The notes under the pieces are model-generated. The model saw only the letters and a program-made list of their open reading frames with translations, had not been told where the DNA came from and did not search any database. Position numbers and translations under genes: made by a program. From IMG/VR virus record IMGVR_UViG_3300030098_007301, positions 1 through 64,000 of that record: 64,000 bases of DNA, one strand, 5' to 3'. Numbering within the stretch: position 1 is the stretch's first letter; each line of letters opens with the position of its first letter. Origin of the DNA: a virus. Shown here one piece after another: positions 46,403 to 57,500 of the stretch.

Positions 46403-47290
46403 TTAATAGGCCGCAGTTAAGGTCTTTTGCGTTCTGATAATATCATCTAGCCCAACGGTAGCAGAAGTATTTACCTGATGGCCGCTAATCATTTTTACCT
46501 CCATTATTTGCTCCGTGGCGTCTACCCCTTTTAAGTTTATTAAATAATCATTAGCGTCCCCTGTGTACGTTAACCCTGAATTGAAAACATCTTCCGCTAC
46601 ATTTATCGATTCGGAAGCGTTGGTATATAGTGTTGTAGTGGGAAATTCTTGGCCAACTTTGTATATAGGATTATGATTAAATGAAATAGAATAATCCGCT
46701 GAATATACAGTGCCCACTTCCGTACCTGCATTTGGGGCGCTAATAGTTGTTTTTAAATTAGTTAAATCCGTAAATCGCCCATGAGCTACTCCTGTTGCGA
46801 CAGCGGTTCCTCCGGGATTTGATATAGCCGGGTCAGTACCTGTGATTCTACCGCTAATAACACTATCAACATTAGTGGGGGTACTAAAACCGCCAAATAA
46901 GCTAAAAGACGCACTTGATGTGGAAACGGAATTGCTAGCAGTGTTAAAAGCATAAGAATTTAAAAATCCCATACCGCTCATTCCTGCGCATTTTATTAAA
47001 ACCCCGGAGCCAGTCGAGCCTATCGAATGCTTCAGGCCGCTAGCTAGATAATTAATAATATTACCGGGGTGAGAGTGAACTTTACCTGTGATGCTAGTTA
47101 AAAAATTAAAAGAAATATCGCCGACTCTTGGGCCGCCGGGAACATGACCCAAGCTACCTTTATTGCCGATAACATACAACGGCTGAAGGGAGTTGCTGTA
47201 ATTTATATTACAATCAGAAGCCAAAAGCGTTTCGGTTACTCCGCCTACGCTTACTTCTACCGCTGCCTTATCGTAAAATACCTGTGCCAT
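46403..47290 (-). CDS. Putative tail tube-like structural protein
   Basis: FLNSYAFN and PIYKVG motifs; internal duplication. Confidence 0.45.
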   Translation of the reverse strand: MAQVFYDKAAVEVSVGGVTETLLASDCNINYSNSLQPLYVIGNKGSLGHVPGGPRVGDISFNFLTSITGKVHSHPGNIINYLASGLKHSIGSTGSGVLIKCAGMSGMGFLNSYAFNTASNSVSTSSASFSLFGGFSTPTNVDSVISGRITGTDPAISNPGGTAVATGVAHGRFTDLTNLKTTISAPNAGTEVGTVYSADYSISFNHNPIYKVGQEFPTTTLYTNASESINVAEDVFNSGLTYTGDANDYLINLKGVDATEQIMEVKMISGHQVNTSATVGLDDIIRTQKTLTAAY

Positions 47291-47320
47291 ATCCTTTAGT
47301 TTTTAATTATTACACATTTT

Positions 47321-48163
47321 TCACCTTAATATGAAAGATCTTAGATTAAAATTAGCCCCAGCATTACCGTCTGCGCTAGCTTGAAAAGACTCAGAAGTTA
47401 ATAGCATATCTTGAAACGAATATTCTATTATTTTATCCTGAGAGTTGTTTTTGTTCAAAGTTATTGTAGTATTTTGAAAAACTGTTTGCTCGGGAACAAA
47501 CCTCATATTTTTAATTTCATAGTCGTCTATGTCTAATACAAAATTAACATTAACCTCAATAGGGGTACCTGCTATAACTCCAGTTGGAGAGTCTAGGCCA
47601 ACAGCATAGAGAGGGACCCTAGGTGTTGCTATCTCGACGCTAAATGATAACATCCTATTAGTATTGAACTCATCTAAATTAACTTCCATTGAACTATAAC
47701 TAGGAATAGATAAATTAGGAGCGGAAGCAGAAGATTGCTCCCAACTCGGGATATTATTACCTGTCCCCATTTGTCCATAAATTACTGAAGTAGTAGATGT
47801 GCTAGGTATTTCACCTATTCCGCAGGAAACGCTATATGTCTCCAAATACGCTTCAGTGAACTCAATTTTCTCATCTCCATAACTAACTATTCCACTAAAG
47901 GGTAAATCCCCAGTAAAATTCAACATATGATCCGACGCTGTAATATCTGCGTAATTTTCAGGAAAATAATGCGTAAGCAGCGTATTTAACTGCAAACTCG
48001 CCGTCTGAGGGCCTTGAGGGGCATACTGAATGCGGTTTATCCCTAAATTAGACAACGGTGAAGATGCTGCAGAGTCATACCCCAGCGTAGCTGACGTGAC
48101 TCCTTGTATTCCCGTACCGTTAATTACGATACTTTCCGCGTCTCTCCTAATTCTTCCTAACAT
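47321..48163 (-). CDS. Putative tail tube-like structural protein
   Basis: YLETYSVS and PLYAVG motifs. Confidence 0.45.
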   Translation of the reverse strand: MLGRIRRDAESIVINGTGIQGVTSATLGYDSAASSPLSNLGINRIQYAPQGPQTASLQLNTLLTHYFPENYADITASDHMLNFTGDLPFSGIVSYGDEKIEFTEAYLETYSVSCGIGEIPSTSTTSVIYGQMGTGNNIPSWEQSSASAPNLSIPSYSSMEVNLDEFNTNRMLSFSVEIATPRVPLYAVGLDSPTGVIAGTPIEVNVNFVLDIDDYEIKNMRFVPEQTVFQNTTITLNKNNSQDKIIEYSFQDMLLTSESFQASADGNAGANFNLRSFILR

Positions 48164-48177
48164 TACCTTATCTTTAT

Positions 48178-48201
48178 TTTACACTCTTTTTTGTGTGTAA
48201 T
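48178..48201. promoter_or_regulatory. Divergent pair of putative phage late promoters (GTGTAAW)
   Basis: GTGTAAA on the minus strand (48178-48184) and GTGTAAT on the plus strand (48195-48201); the motif recurs at 18385, 33497, 39467 and 47309. Confidence 0.6.
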
Positions 48202-48227
48202 ATAATAAATAAAGGATTAAGGGAAAA

Positions 48228-48815
48228 ATGGCGTTTGATAACAGTATTTATAATGTAGAAACATGGGTCGCAAATAAGACTTACGTTAAAAATGACATAG
48301 TGGCTCGTATTGAATACGTAGGAGGAGCGGCTGCTACGAACAAAGTCCCCAAAGACGTGAAATACTACTACAACCTAACAGGTGCAAATACAGGCACGGC
48401 ACCTGAATCCGACTCAACAAATTGGGGAGGCTATGTAACAGTTAATAATCAAAAGATTCCCTTATTCCTGTGGAAGCCCTCTTATAATGTTTCTACTCGC
48501 CATAACCCAAAAGTTAATGTTGTTAAATTTGGCAACGGCTACGAGCAAAGAAATCCTGACGGGGTATTTTCGCAGCTTATTGATATAGAAATATCTTTTG
48601 AGAAAAGAACCGAACGAGAAGCTCGAGCTATTTTACATTTTCTTAAAGCTCGCAAAGCGGTAGAGAGCTTTGCCATTAAAGAGCTGCCTAATTTATATGC
48701 AGATAACACAACAGGTGGATTTCGTAAAAGGTTTGTTTGCCCTAACTTTAATAGCACTTTTATATTTTACAACAACTATACCGTAACTGCTACCTTATCG
48801 CAGGAAAACAATTAA
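48228..48815 (+). CDS. Lambda gpM-like minor tail protein
   Basis: FLWKP...VVKFGNGYEQR..DG, FLKARKAVESF. Confidence 0.8.
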   Translation: MAFDNSIYNVETWVANKTYVKNDIVARIEYVGGAAATNKVPKDVKYYYNLTGANTGTAPESDSTNWGGYVTVNNQKIPLFLWKPSYNVSTRHNPKVNVVKFGNGYEQRNPDGVFSQLIDIEISFEKRTEREARAILHFLKARKAVESFAIKELPNLYADNTTGGFRKRFVCPNFNSTFIFYNNYTVTATLSQENN

Positions 48816-48820
48816 AATAG

Positions 48821-50035
48821 ATGAATAAAGATCAAGCTCAATCATCAATTAAATCTTTAGCTTTTGAGTTATCAAACTTAACTCCATCAGCGATGGTCAC
48901 TTTATTTGAAATAGATTTATCTGATGTCTTAGATGCCAACTCTATTCCAACTTTAGCCGACGAAGCTTCCGCTATAGGCTTTCCTGATGCGGTTGATAGA
49001 GTATTAAGATTTCACAACAATATTAAAGTATTTAATTCTAAAATTACTTGGAATGGCAATGACTATTACCCTGTTCCTATTCAAGCTACGGGCTTTGAGA
49101 CTTCTAGCAAAGGGACGCTTCCCACCCCTGTCCTAACTATTGCAAGTCAAACCGAAGAAGGTGTCACAATGTTGTCTCTCTTAAAACACCACATTTTAAA
49201 GTATGGAGATATAATTGGAAGCAAGGTTACCCGCAGAAGAACTTTTGCTAAATATTTAGACTGGGTGAACTTTGAATTCGCCACGCAGTCTCCAGCTAAA
49301 AGAGCCTTCTCCCCTCGTATTCAAGAACTACCTGCAGGATACGAACCCGACCCTAATGCGGAACTACCAAAAGATGTTTATTTTATAGAGAGAAAAACGG
49401 GCGAAAATAAAAACACTATACAATATCAATTATCTTCTATTTTAGATTTAGAAGGAGTAAAGATTCCTCGTAGGGTAATAGTAGCCGACAAGTGCAATTG
49501 GCAATACCGCGGTCCGGGCTGTTGGTACCAACACATTGATGAAAGTGAAATTAACTCGTCAGGGAACGCTATCGAGCAAGTCCCTGTTCTACAAAAAGCC
49601 GAGTTAACTACAAAAGAATTCACTCTTCCTAAAGACGCCCCACCTGTCGCTAATGACAAAGACGAATCTATAGTTGGCATCATTGATCATAACGAAGCAA
49701 TCCTAACATCTAATAGAACAGAATGGAAAGCAGACACTACTTATAACAAAGGCGACTATGTTTACATTTTAAAAGATAAAATTAAATATTATTTTGTGGC
49801 AAAAGTTAACATAACCGACGAAGAACAAAACAGGAACAATCCCCCACCTAACACTAATTATTGGGTCGCTGATGTTTGCTCTAAAACTTTAGGCGGGTGT
49901 AGGTTAAGATGGGGAGCAGACAACCCCGGGGCTGCTCCGGGGGCATGCCAAATCGGAGGCCCAGTAACTAATGGAAAAGGAGGCCTGCCTTTTGGAGGAT
50001 TTCCGGCCGCTAGAAAAGTAGCAGGAGGCAGATAA
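48821..50035 (+). CDS. Lambda gpL-like minor tail protein
   Basis: LFEID, PIQATGFE, VTRRRTFAKYLD, CNWQYRGPGC, CSKTLGGCRLRW, PFGGFP. Confidence 0.9.
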   Translation: MNKDQAQSSIKSLAFELSNLTPSAMVTLFEIDLSDVLDANSIPTLADEASAIGFPDAVDRVLRFHNNIKVFNSKITWNGNDYYPVPIQATGFETSSKGTLPTPVLTIASQTEEGVTMLSLLKHHILKYGDIIGSKVTRRRTFAKYLDWVNFEFATQSPAKRAFSPRIQELPAGYEPDPNAELPKDVYFIERKTGENKNTIQYQLSSILDLEGVKIPRRVIVADKCNWQYRGPGCWYQHIDESEINSSGNAIEQVPVLQKAELTTKEFTLPKDAPPVANDKDESIVGIIDHNEAILTSNRTEWKADTTYNKGDYVYILKDKIKYYFVAKVNITDEEQNRNNPPPNTNYWVADVCSKTLGGCRLRWGADNPGAAPGACQIGGPVTNGKGGLPFGGFPAARKVAGGR

Positions 50036-50036
50036 T

Positions 50037-50765
50037 ATGATATCAGACTTCATAAAAAAAGAGATAAAAGCTCACGCAGAAGAAAACCAAAAAGAAGAAT
50101 CTTGCGGGTTAATTCTTTCAGAGAGTATTGTGAGATGCGCTAACGCTTCAGAAAATCCTGCAAGTCATTTCACTATATCGCCTTTTGATTACTTAAAAGC
50201 TTCGCGCAAAGAAAAGATAAAAGCCGTATACCATACGCACGTTTCGGAAAATAATTATTTTTCAGAAGAAGATAAAAAAATGAGCAGGGGGCATAATTTG
50301 CCTTTTGTTTTATATCATCTAGGGACTAGAAGTTTTTTATGTTTTGACCCTAAAAAAGAAAGAGTAGTTGATATTGATAAAAAATTTGAACTAGGCAAAA
50401 GAGACTGTTATACGCTTGTTAAAGACCATTATAAAAAGCTAGGAATAAAAATCGGAGGAAACAATGACCTCGGAGCAAATTGGCTGAATGAAAACCCTAA
50501 TTTAATTCAAGATCTTTTTAAATTAAATCAGACTTCTTTAGACATAATAGAGATGGAATGGTCTGGAATAGAAATGTTAAAAAGGCATGACGTCATAGTA
50601 TTTGAAATGATAAAAGGAGACGGCCCTTGTCATGTTGGAGTGTATTTAGGAGATGGAATAATGTACCACCATCCTCGAAATAGATTCCCTACTACTGAAA
50701 TGCTAACTCCAGTAATACAAAGAAAAATTTATAAAGTATATAGACACACCCAAATAAATGAATAG
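50037..50765 (+). CDS. Lambda gpK-like tail assembly protein (JAB plus NlpC/P60)
   Basis: EESCG, YHTH..S..D, DCYTLV, HVGVYLG. Confidence 0.88.
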   Translation: MISDFIKKEIKAHAEENQKEESCGLILSESIVRCANASENPASHFTISPFDYLKASRKEKIKAVYHTHVSENNYFSEEDKKMSRGHNLPFVLYHLGTRSFLCFDPKKERVVDIDKKFELGKRDCYTLVKDHYKKLGIKIGGNNDLGANWLNENPNLIQDLFKLNQTSLDIIEMEWSGIEMLKRHDVIVFEMIKGDGPCHVGVYLGDGIMYHHPRNRFPTTEMLTPVIQRKIYKVYRHTQINE

Positions 50766-51519
50766 AGTTCAAGTCACACTACACGGAGTTCTGGCCGACC
50801 AAATAGGACGCAGCCAATGGAGCCTTGTAGCCTCTAATGTAAAAGAAGCTATTAACGGGGTCCAAGCGAACTGTAAAAAACTTTATTCTTACCTGATAGC
50901 TAACGATAAAGAAAAAATAAAATATAGAGTTTTAATTAACGGCGACGATTTTCTTATAGAAGAAGGAAAAAGCCCTAACACTAAAGAAGGACTACAGTCT
51001 TCTCAATTATGCCTTGACCGAATCTCTAACTTAAAAACTATAGATATAATTCCAGTAGTGGAAGGTTCGGACGACTGGTTTGATTGGTTTACAGTGATAT
51101 TAGGAGTTGCTCTAATTTGGGTTGGCGCACCCATGATAGCTACGGCCGGATGGGGAAGTATGTACGGTATGGCTGTCGTTGCAGGTATCGGCCTTGTGGC
51201 AGCAGGAATAACTAATCTACTAACTCCTGATCCAGAATTTGACGACTTTAGAGAAATAGAAGGAGGAGGAAGGCCGCCTTATACGTTTTCGGGGCCTCAA
51301 AACGTAACCAATGAAGGAGGCCCGGTTTTTGTAGGGTACGGAAGGTTGCTTGTCGGCAGTCAAGTCATTCAGGCCGCTACTGATCATTTTAATGAGGACG
51401 CTGGAGTTCCGAAGAATGACGCATGGGGCGATAACCAATATGGATTAAGATATAACATTAATAATATTAATACTAAAGTTAATAATAGAATAAAAGACAT
51501 GCAAAAGGAGATAGAATAA
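50758..51519 (+). CDS. Lambda gpI-like tail assembly protein
   Basis: LHGVL, IIPVVEG, FSGPQN..EGGPVFVGYGRLLVGS. Confidence 0.88.
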   Translation: MNRVQVTLHGVLADQIGRSQWSLVASNVKEAINGVQANCKKLYSYLIANDKEKIKYRVLINGDDFLIEEGKSPNTKEGLQSSQLCLDRISNLKTIDIIPVVEGSDDWFDWFTVILGVALIWVGAPMIATAGWGSMYGMAVVAGIGLVAAGITNLLTPDPEFDDFREIEGGGRPPYTFSGPQNVTNEGGPVFVGYGRLLVGSQVIQAATDHFNEDAGVPKNDAWGDNQYGLRYNINNINTKVNNRIKDMQKEIE

Positions 51520-51520
51520 A

Positions 51521-54500
51521 ATGGGAGGATTTGGCGGAGGTGACGAAAGACAGGCTCGGCAAGTAGTAACCGACCAAAGAGGCGTACAATCTGGCGACGC
51601 GCCTAATGAATTAGTTGTATTAGATTCCGACGCGGAGATTATAGATCTGCTAGGAGAAGGGCCTATAGAAGGCATAGTAAGCGGTGTCTATAGTTTTAGC
51701 GGGATAGCTGGATATACTGGATATTTTACGGGCGAAACCTTTACTGCTTATACAGCCACTGGACTGGATGGAAATGGGTCTCCAAGCAGCTCCCCCCAAA
51801 CTACGCTTGGATTTTTAAGGTCTATATATTGGAATAATACTCCCATTGTGGATCAAAATGGATATTATAATTTTACTAACATAAATCTAGAATACTCTAA
51901 AGGCCTACCTGAAGGAAATTTAGCTCAATTAAATAGTAGGCTACCAGCAAGCGAGACTCTAGACTTAACGGTAGAGAGGCAAATCGGTGAGAGGCTTTAC
52001 GGGGTATCAATACAAGGTGGAACAGTTCCATCTGCCACTCAAACCGCAGGGGATTTGGCTGACGACTCAAGAATAGACACTGTAGCTAAAACTTATAGCA
52101 TATTAAATAACGAGTGCACTAAAGCTCAGTTAAGAGTAAGAGTTAGTCAATTATTTGAACAAATTAGAAGCGAGGATGCTCCCAAAGACTTCAAAAAAGG
52201 CAAAAATCCTCCAGCTGTGGGGTATGGAGATATCAAAGCTCGTGAGATAACTTACAATATATATTATCAACCTATTTTTGATTTTTATTCTGATGAAATA
52301 AATGGAGAGCATCCGAAAAACAATTCTTGGACTTTTTTCAAAACTGAAACAATACAAGGACATATAGATCAAATTTATGTTAGATCAACTACTATTGATT
52401 TCTCGGCCGACTACGTAGATCAACCCGGATTCGCAGGTTGGAAAATAAAAGTTATAAGGACTACTCCTGAGTCTTTAACGGCTTATTTAAAAAATGTTTC
52501 TTTTATTGATTCTATAGTAGAAATTTATGGCACGAAACTCCGTTATCCTTATAGCGTTATGGTTTATTCCAAGTTTGATGCTGAATTTTTTAGTCGAGTT
52601 CCGGAAAGATCATACGACACAAAACTGATAAAAGTTAAAATTCCCAATAACTATAACCCAATTTTAAAAACATACGGCAGAAGTGATGCTATTGTTGTTG
52701 GTAATTGGCCTACCGTAACTATAAATACCCAATTAAAAAAAGGTCAGTTAGTATATTTTCGAGGAGGGCAAATTTTAGAAATAGGCGTTGACTACCCAGT
52801 AGGAACTGGAACAATTACTAATGCCAGTACATGGATTAGAGATGGTTGGCAAACTGCATGGGGAGGCTCAGCAATTCTAACGAGTCAAAATAAAGGCCAA
52901 AGACGATACCCTGACGTTACAGGGGAAGTAGGAGCTACAACAGAAGGATGGCTTGGAGTAATCAATGGGCAGAATCATATGGGAACTGCTCCGGATAATT
53001 ACTGGGATGGAGGTTTTAAGGAAATTGAGAGTTGGCAAGCCGGAGCAGATGCCCCAATACCCGGGGCGGGCTCTATAATTGAAAAAAGATGGACAGACAA
53101 CCCAGCTTGGTGTTTTTACGATTTAATCACAAACCCTCGTTATGGGTTGGGGGATTTTGTAGATTCTAGTTTTGTAGATAAATGGGCTTTATATGAAATA
53201 GCTCAATATTGCGACGGGTTAGTTCCAGATGGAGCAGGAGGAGTTGAACCGAGGTTCACAATGAATCACATAATTACTTCTCGCGAGGAAGCTTATAAAG
53301 TTATAAATGATTTGTCTTCTATATTTAGAGGCATTGTCTATTATGCTAACGGGCTAGTATATGCTGTCCAAGATGCATTCAAGACCGCTCTTTACCAATT
53401 CAATAATGCTAATGTAGTAAACGGCGATTTTAACTATTCTTCTTCTGCTAAAAAAGCTCGCCATAGCGTCGCTGTTATTCGTTATATTGATAAATTTAAT
53501 CTTTATAACCCAAGCGTAGAGTACGTAGAAAACGAGGAATCCGTAAAAAGATATGGAATTAGACAAATAGAAACTACTGCGCTGGGGTGCACTAGTCGAG
53601 GTCAAGCTAGACGCTTTGGTGAATGGCTATTGGCTAGCGAGGCCCAAGAAACCGAAAGCGTTACCTTTAATGTAGGTCAGGACGGCGCTTACTTACGGCC
53701 CGGAGACATTGTTCAAATTTATGACCAATTTAGAACTCCTTTAAATTTTAGAGGTAGGACTAACGCTGTAACTCCTCTAGCTACGGCTCCTTCTAATATT
53801 ACTTATCCTTACCCAACGGCTGCAGGAACCGCACATCCCGTTACAGGTAATAGCGTTATTATTGATGGCCCAGTTTCTTTTACAAAAGAACAAGTCTATA
53901 AATTCTCATTGCTAACTCCAACTTACAATTATGAGTCTACTGGTATTACAAACTTAAATTCTGATGATGAAATAAGAAGAAGCAGTGTTCAGAATTTATA
54001 TTTCTTAGGTAACCATACTAGAACTATTTCTGGATACTATAACTCAGATTACCAAGAAGGCGGTAGCGGCATAGTTACGCAAATTTATTTTCACACAGGG
54101 CTAAGGCTCTCTGACGGGAATGCAATTGGAACGGGTAACCAACTTGATTTTGATAATTATGTCATCACCGGATATACAAATGAATACGTCAATGGATCAA
54201 CAGTTCAAGATTATTCAGGGGGCTGTTTTTCAGGCGCTAATCTAGTCTGGAGTGCGGAAGTTAATGATCCAGCAAGCGGCGAATACGTTAGCGGTCACTT
54301 TTCTAATTTTAGAATTATTAACGTAACTGAAAATGATGATTCCGCAAGTTATGCTATTTCAGCTTTAGCGTATTCAACAGGCAAATACGATGAAGTAGAA
54401 AATAGACTCGCTTTTGAAAATATAAGTATAGATGACGTCCCATTATGGCCGCATCAAGTGCATACTAGCGCTCCCAAAACTGGAGTTAATGAATTTGCCT

Positions 54501-57500
54501 CTATTATACTTGCTAGCCCTAACGATAACAATAAGGAACAAGAAAAACTGTTTGGACAATATTCAACTTTTGAAGTTAGGGTGCCTCAAGTCTCTACTCA
54601 ATTAAAAATTGGAACCGAACAAAAAGCTGGAGTTACCTCTCATTATATCAACACTAATGAAAAATATACTCTCCCTAAAAGGATGAGTTATCAGGTTTGT
54701 GTTTTTGAACAAGAAACTTTAGGGAACGGATTTGGCGATTCAAATCTAGCTTTAAGCAATACTTTATTTACAGTAGGAGGAGCTAAAGTCAATACTATTT
54801 TCCACGAGGTTTCTGATGCCAATTATAAAGAACTTTATAGGCCATACGCCCTCTATACGATGGATGGAGACCCAAGTAAAAAAGCTTCTAGCGACGGCTT
54901 TGCAAATGATCAAGTTGGATCAGATATAGGAGCCAGATTTTTCCTTGAAAGGCTTTTGACTAAAGATACTAACTATTGGTTTGCAGTTTTTGCATTTAAC
55001 AACTTCACCCGTTCTCGCCATGCTATTGTTGGCTTAATTTTAGGCTCTGACTACGTAGACACTAATAATTATTTTGCAAGTAATCCGAGCCTGTTAGAAA
55101 AAAATAAAATACCCAAAGAAGAAAATTTTAATCTTATTCAAGGTATTGATATAGAGAGTTTGACCTCTCCTGATTTACTTTCAGCAGCCGACAGTAGCAA
55201 AATTAATGACTTAAATGGGACAGAGCCAGTCTTCAATTGGAATACTAGTAACGAATTAGATTTTAGAGATGACTTTAATAAGCCGCTTCCTATGCCTGTT
55301 GGGCAACAATACCGTATTACTATAAGAAATAATGGAGGGGTCGCCCCATCGGACCACAATCCAGCTTCTAACATATTTGTGGAAATAACGGGGTATGACC
55401 AACCAGATACCGCTGCAGGGTTTGCGTTTATACATGAATACAACAGTCCTCATGTTATTTCTAATTTAGCTGACACCTTACTAACCAATAACGATGTAGT
55501 GGGTTATAAATTAGACGGCACTACGACGACTGACGGCAACAAGGCTACATGGTTAAGAGTAGATAAGAGTGGTATAATATTTAGAAATACTCCCAATAAT
55601 TTTCCATTAAGAGAATTTGATCTTGTTGTGGAAGCGCATGATGGGCTAGGCAGGACCAGCGCCGGAAACCAAATATGGAATAATACAATTAGAGGTGAAG
55701 ATACTAGCAACAACTATTCTGAAGACGATAAAGGCAAAGACGGATACGACTTTTTAAGTTGTAGTATAGGAATACCAAGTGGAGTTGTTTTTGCCCAGTA
55801 CGACAGATTCCCCGATCAAAATAGAGTAGATGATTATAGTTTTATAACGCAAGGCCAAGCTCACTTAAGGAAATACCCATATCTTGCAACCGCTGATGTT
55901 TATACTAACGGCGAACTGCATTTAAAGATGACTACTTCTCAAGATGCGGCCGGAAATACAATATTAACTGAAGAAGAATTAAGAAATGCATTTCCAGATG
56001 TCAGAGGCTTGGTCTATTATTATTCTACCGGCGACAATTCGACTAAAGACTCTGAGGCTAAGAACGGGCTTGTTATTTTTGAACCCAATAATAAAGCTCC
56101 ATCCTTCACAATGCAGCCGGATGAAATAGCAGGATCAAAAAATTTCGGATTACAAGGTAATGTTAAATTTACTACAGACAGCTCTAATGGTAAATATCCA
56201 GACGCTTCATCGCCTGCGCTAACAGATGGCAATGCACCGGATAATGTAACAGTCTATAGATACTATCATCTTTTTGATTCCTCTACTAATCCTGCTAATA
56301 TTGTTATTCCGTTTCCTAAAATAGCAGCAAGCAATGTACAAAACATTTATCTTGCAGTTGGATTATTTGATACGCTTTCTTATTTAGAGCATTTTAATTC
56401 AGATAATACGCCAAAAACAAAAACAGTAACTCCGGGCAATACGGCTAAAACTACTACAACTATGGATATACCGGGAGTCACAATAGCTTTTGATGGCAGT
56501 CGACAAGAGGTGAGTCAAGTTGTTCCTACTATACTATTAGAGCAAAAGATTAATTTTTCTACTTATCCTACAAAAATCTGGGATGAAAATGATAACGACA
56601 AACCTGTTGAGTGGACTTATCCTAACTCTAATTTTGCTGCCGCAAAGGGAACCCCAATTTTCCTCAAAGAGAGCAGTCTTCAAACTAAAGGCCAGTCAGC
56701 TTTAGCTTTTAGAGCTTGGTGGGATGTTACTCTCGACCCCGGAGAGGCTGGTCTTTTTATGGATTTCAGCGCTACATCAAATGGTACACCTGTATATAGA
56801 GGGCCTCATAAGAAGTTAGCAGCACCTAATTCTGATGGCGATTTAGTAGTGCAATACGTTAATAAAAATAAATTCAAAGGAATAGCTAAAATAGATTTCG
56901 AAGTCACGGATTCGTGGAAATACGGAAACAGTGGAAAGTTCCGCCAACTTGTCTCAGGGTTTTTAAAGATTTATTTCGCGCAAAAGCAAGAACAGGAAAA
57001 ATATACTGTTGATGTTGAGTTTAAACAAGCTAATAGCGTTACTTCTAAAGGAGAAATAGTTAAATTAACTGATGGCCAAAATGAAACCAACACGAATCCT
57101 AACGAAAGAGATTTCGTGACTAATGATTATCCACTTGAACAATGCAAGTTAGTAGAAAAATCCAGCGAATACGTTAAATTTTACCTGTCTCCCTTCTTTA
57201 TAAAAGGAACAGATAATAAACTTGCAAATAGAATGGACAATGGAGAGCTTTTCTGGCAAGTTAACTGGCAGCTTCTTGATAACGTCACGAAAATAAACAC
57301 AGGGACAGGTAGTACTGCTTATAATGCAGCACTAGCCGCCACAACAAAAGCCGGAACCGGGAAAAGAATATGGTTTAATGAACGTGAAAATGATCACTGT
57401 TGGTCCAACCCCCACAAAATCAAACAATATATACCCTTCCGCGAATTGGCGAATAACGAGTTTGTGAATGTGACACTCGTAGTAGATGCAGGAGACCTTG

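Noticed and set aside
49083-49097. Self-target for unit B in the gpL-like gene (AAGCTAC-g-GGCTTTg)
   Set aside because: Needs a 1-nt gap and one mismatch; such near-matches are expected by chance across 9 units and 128 kb. My search was by eye and not exhaustive
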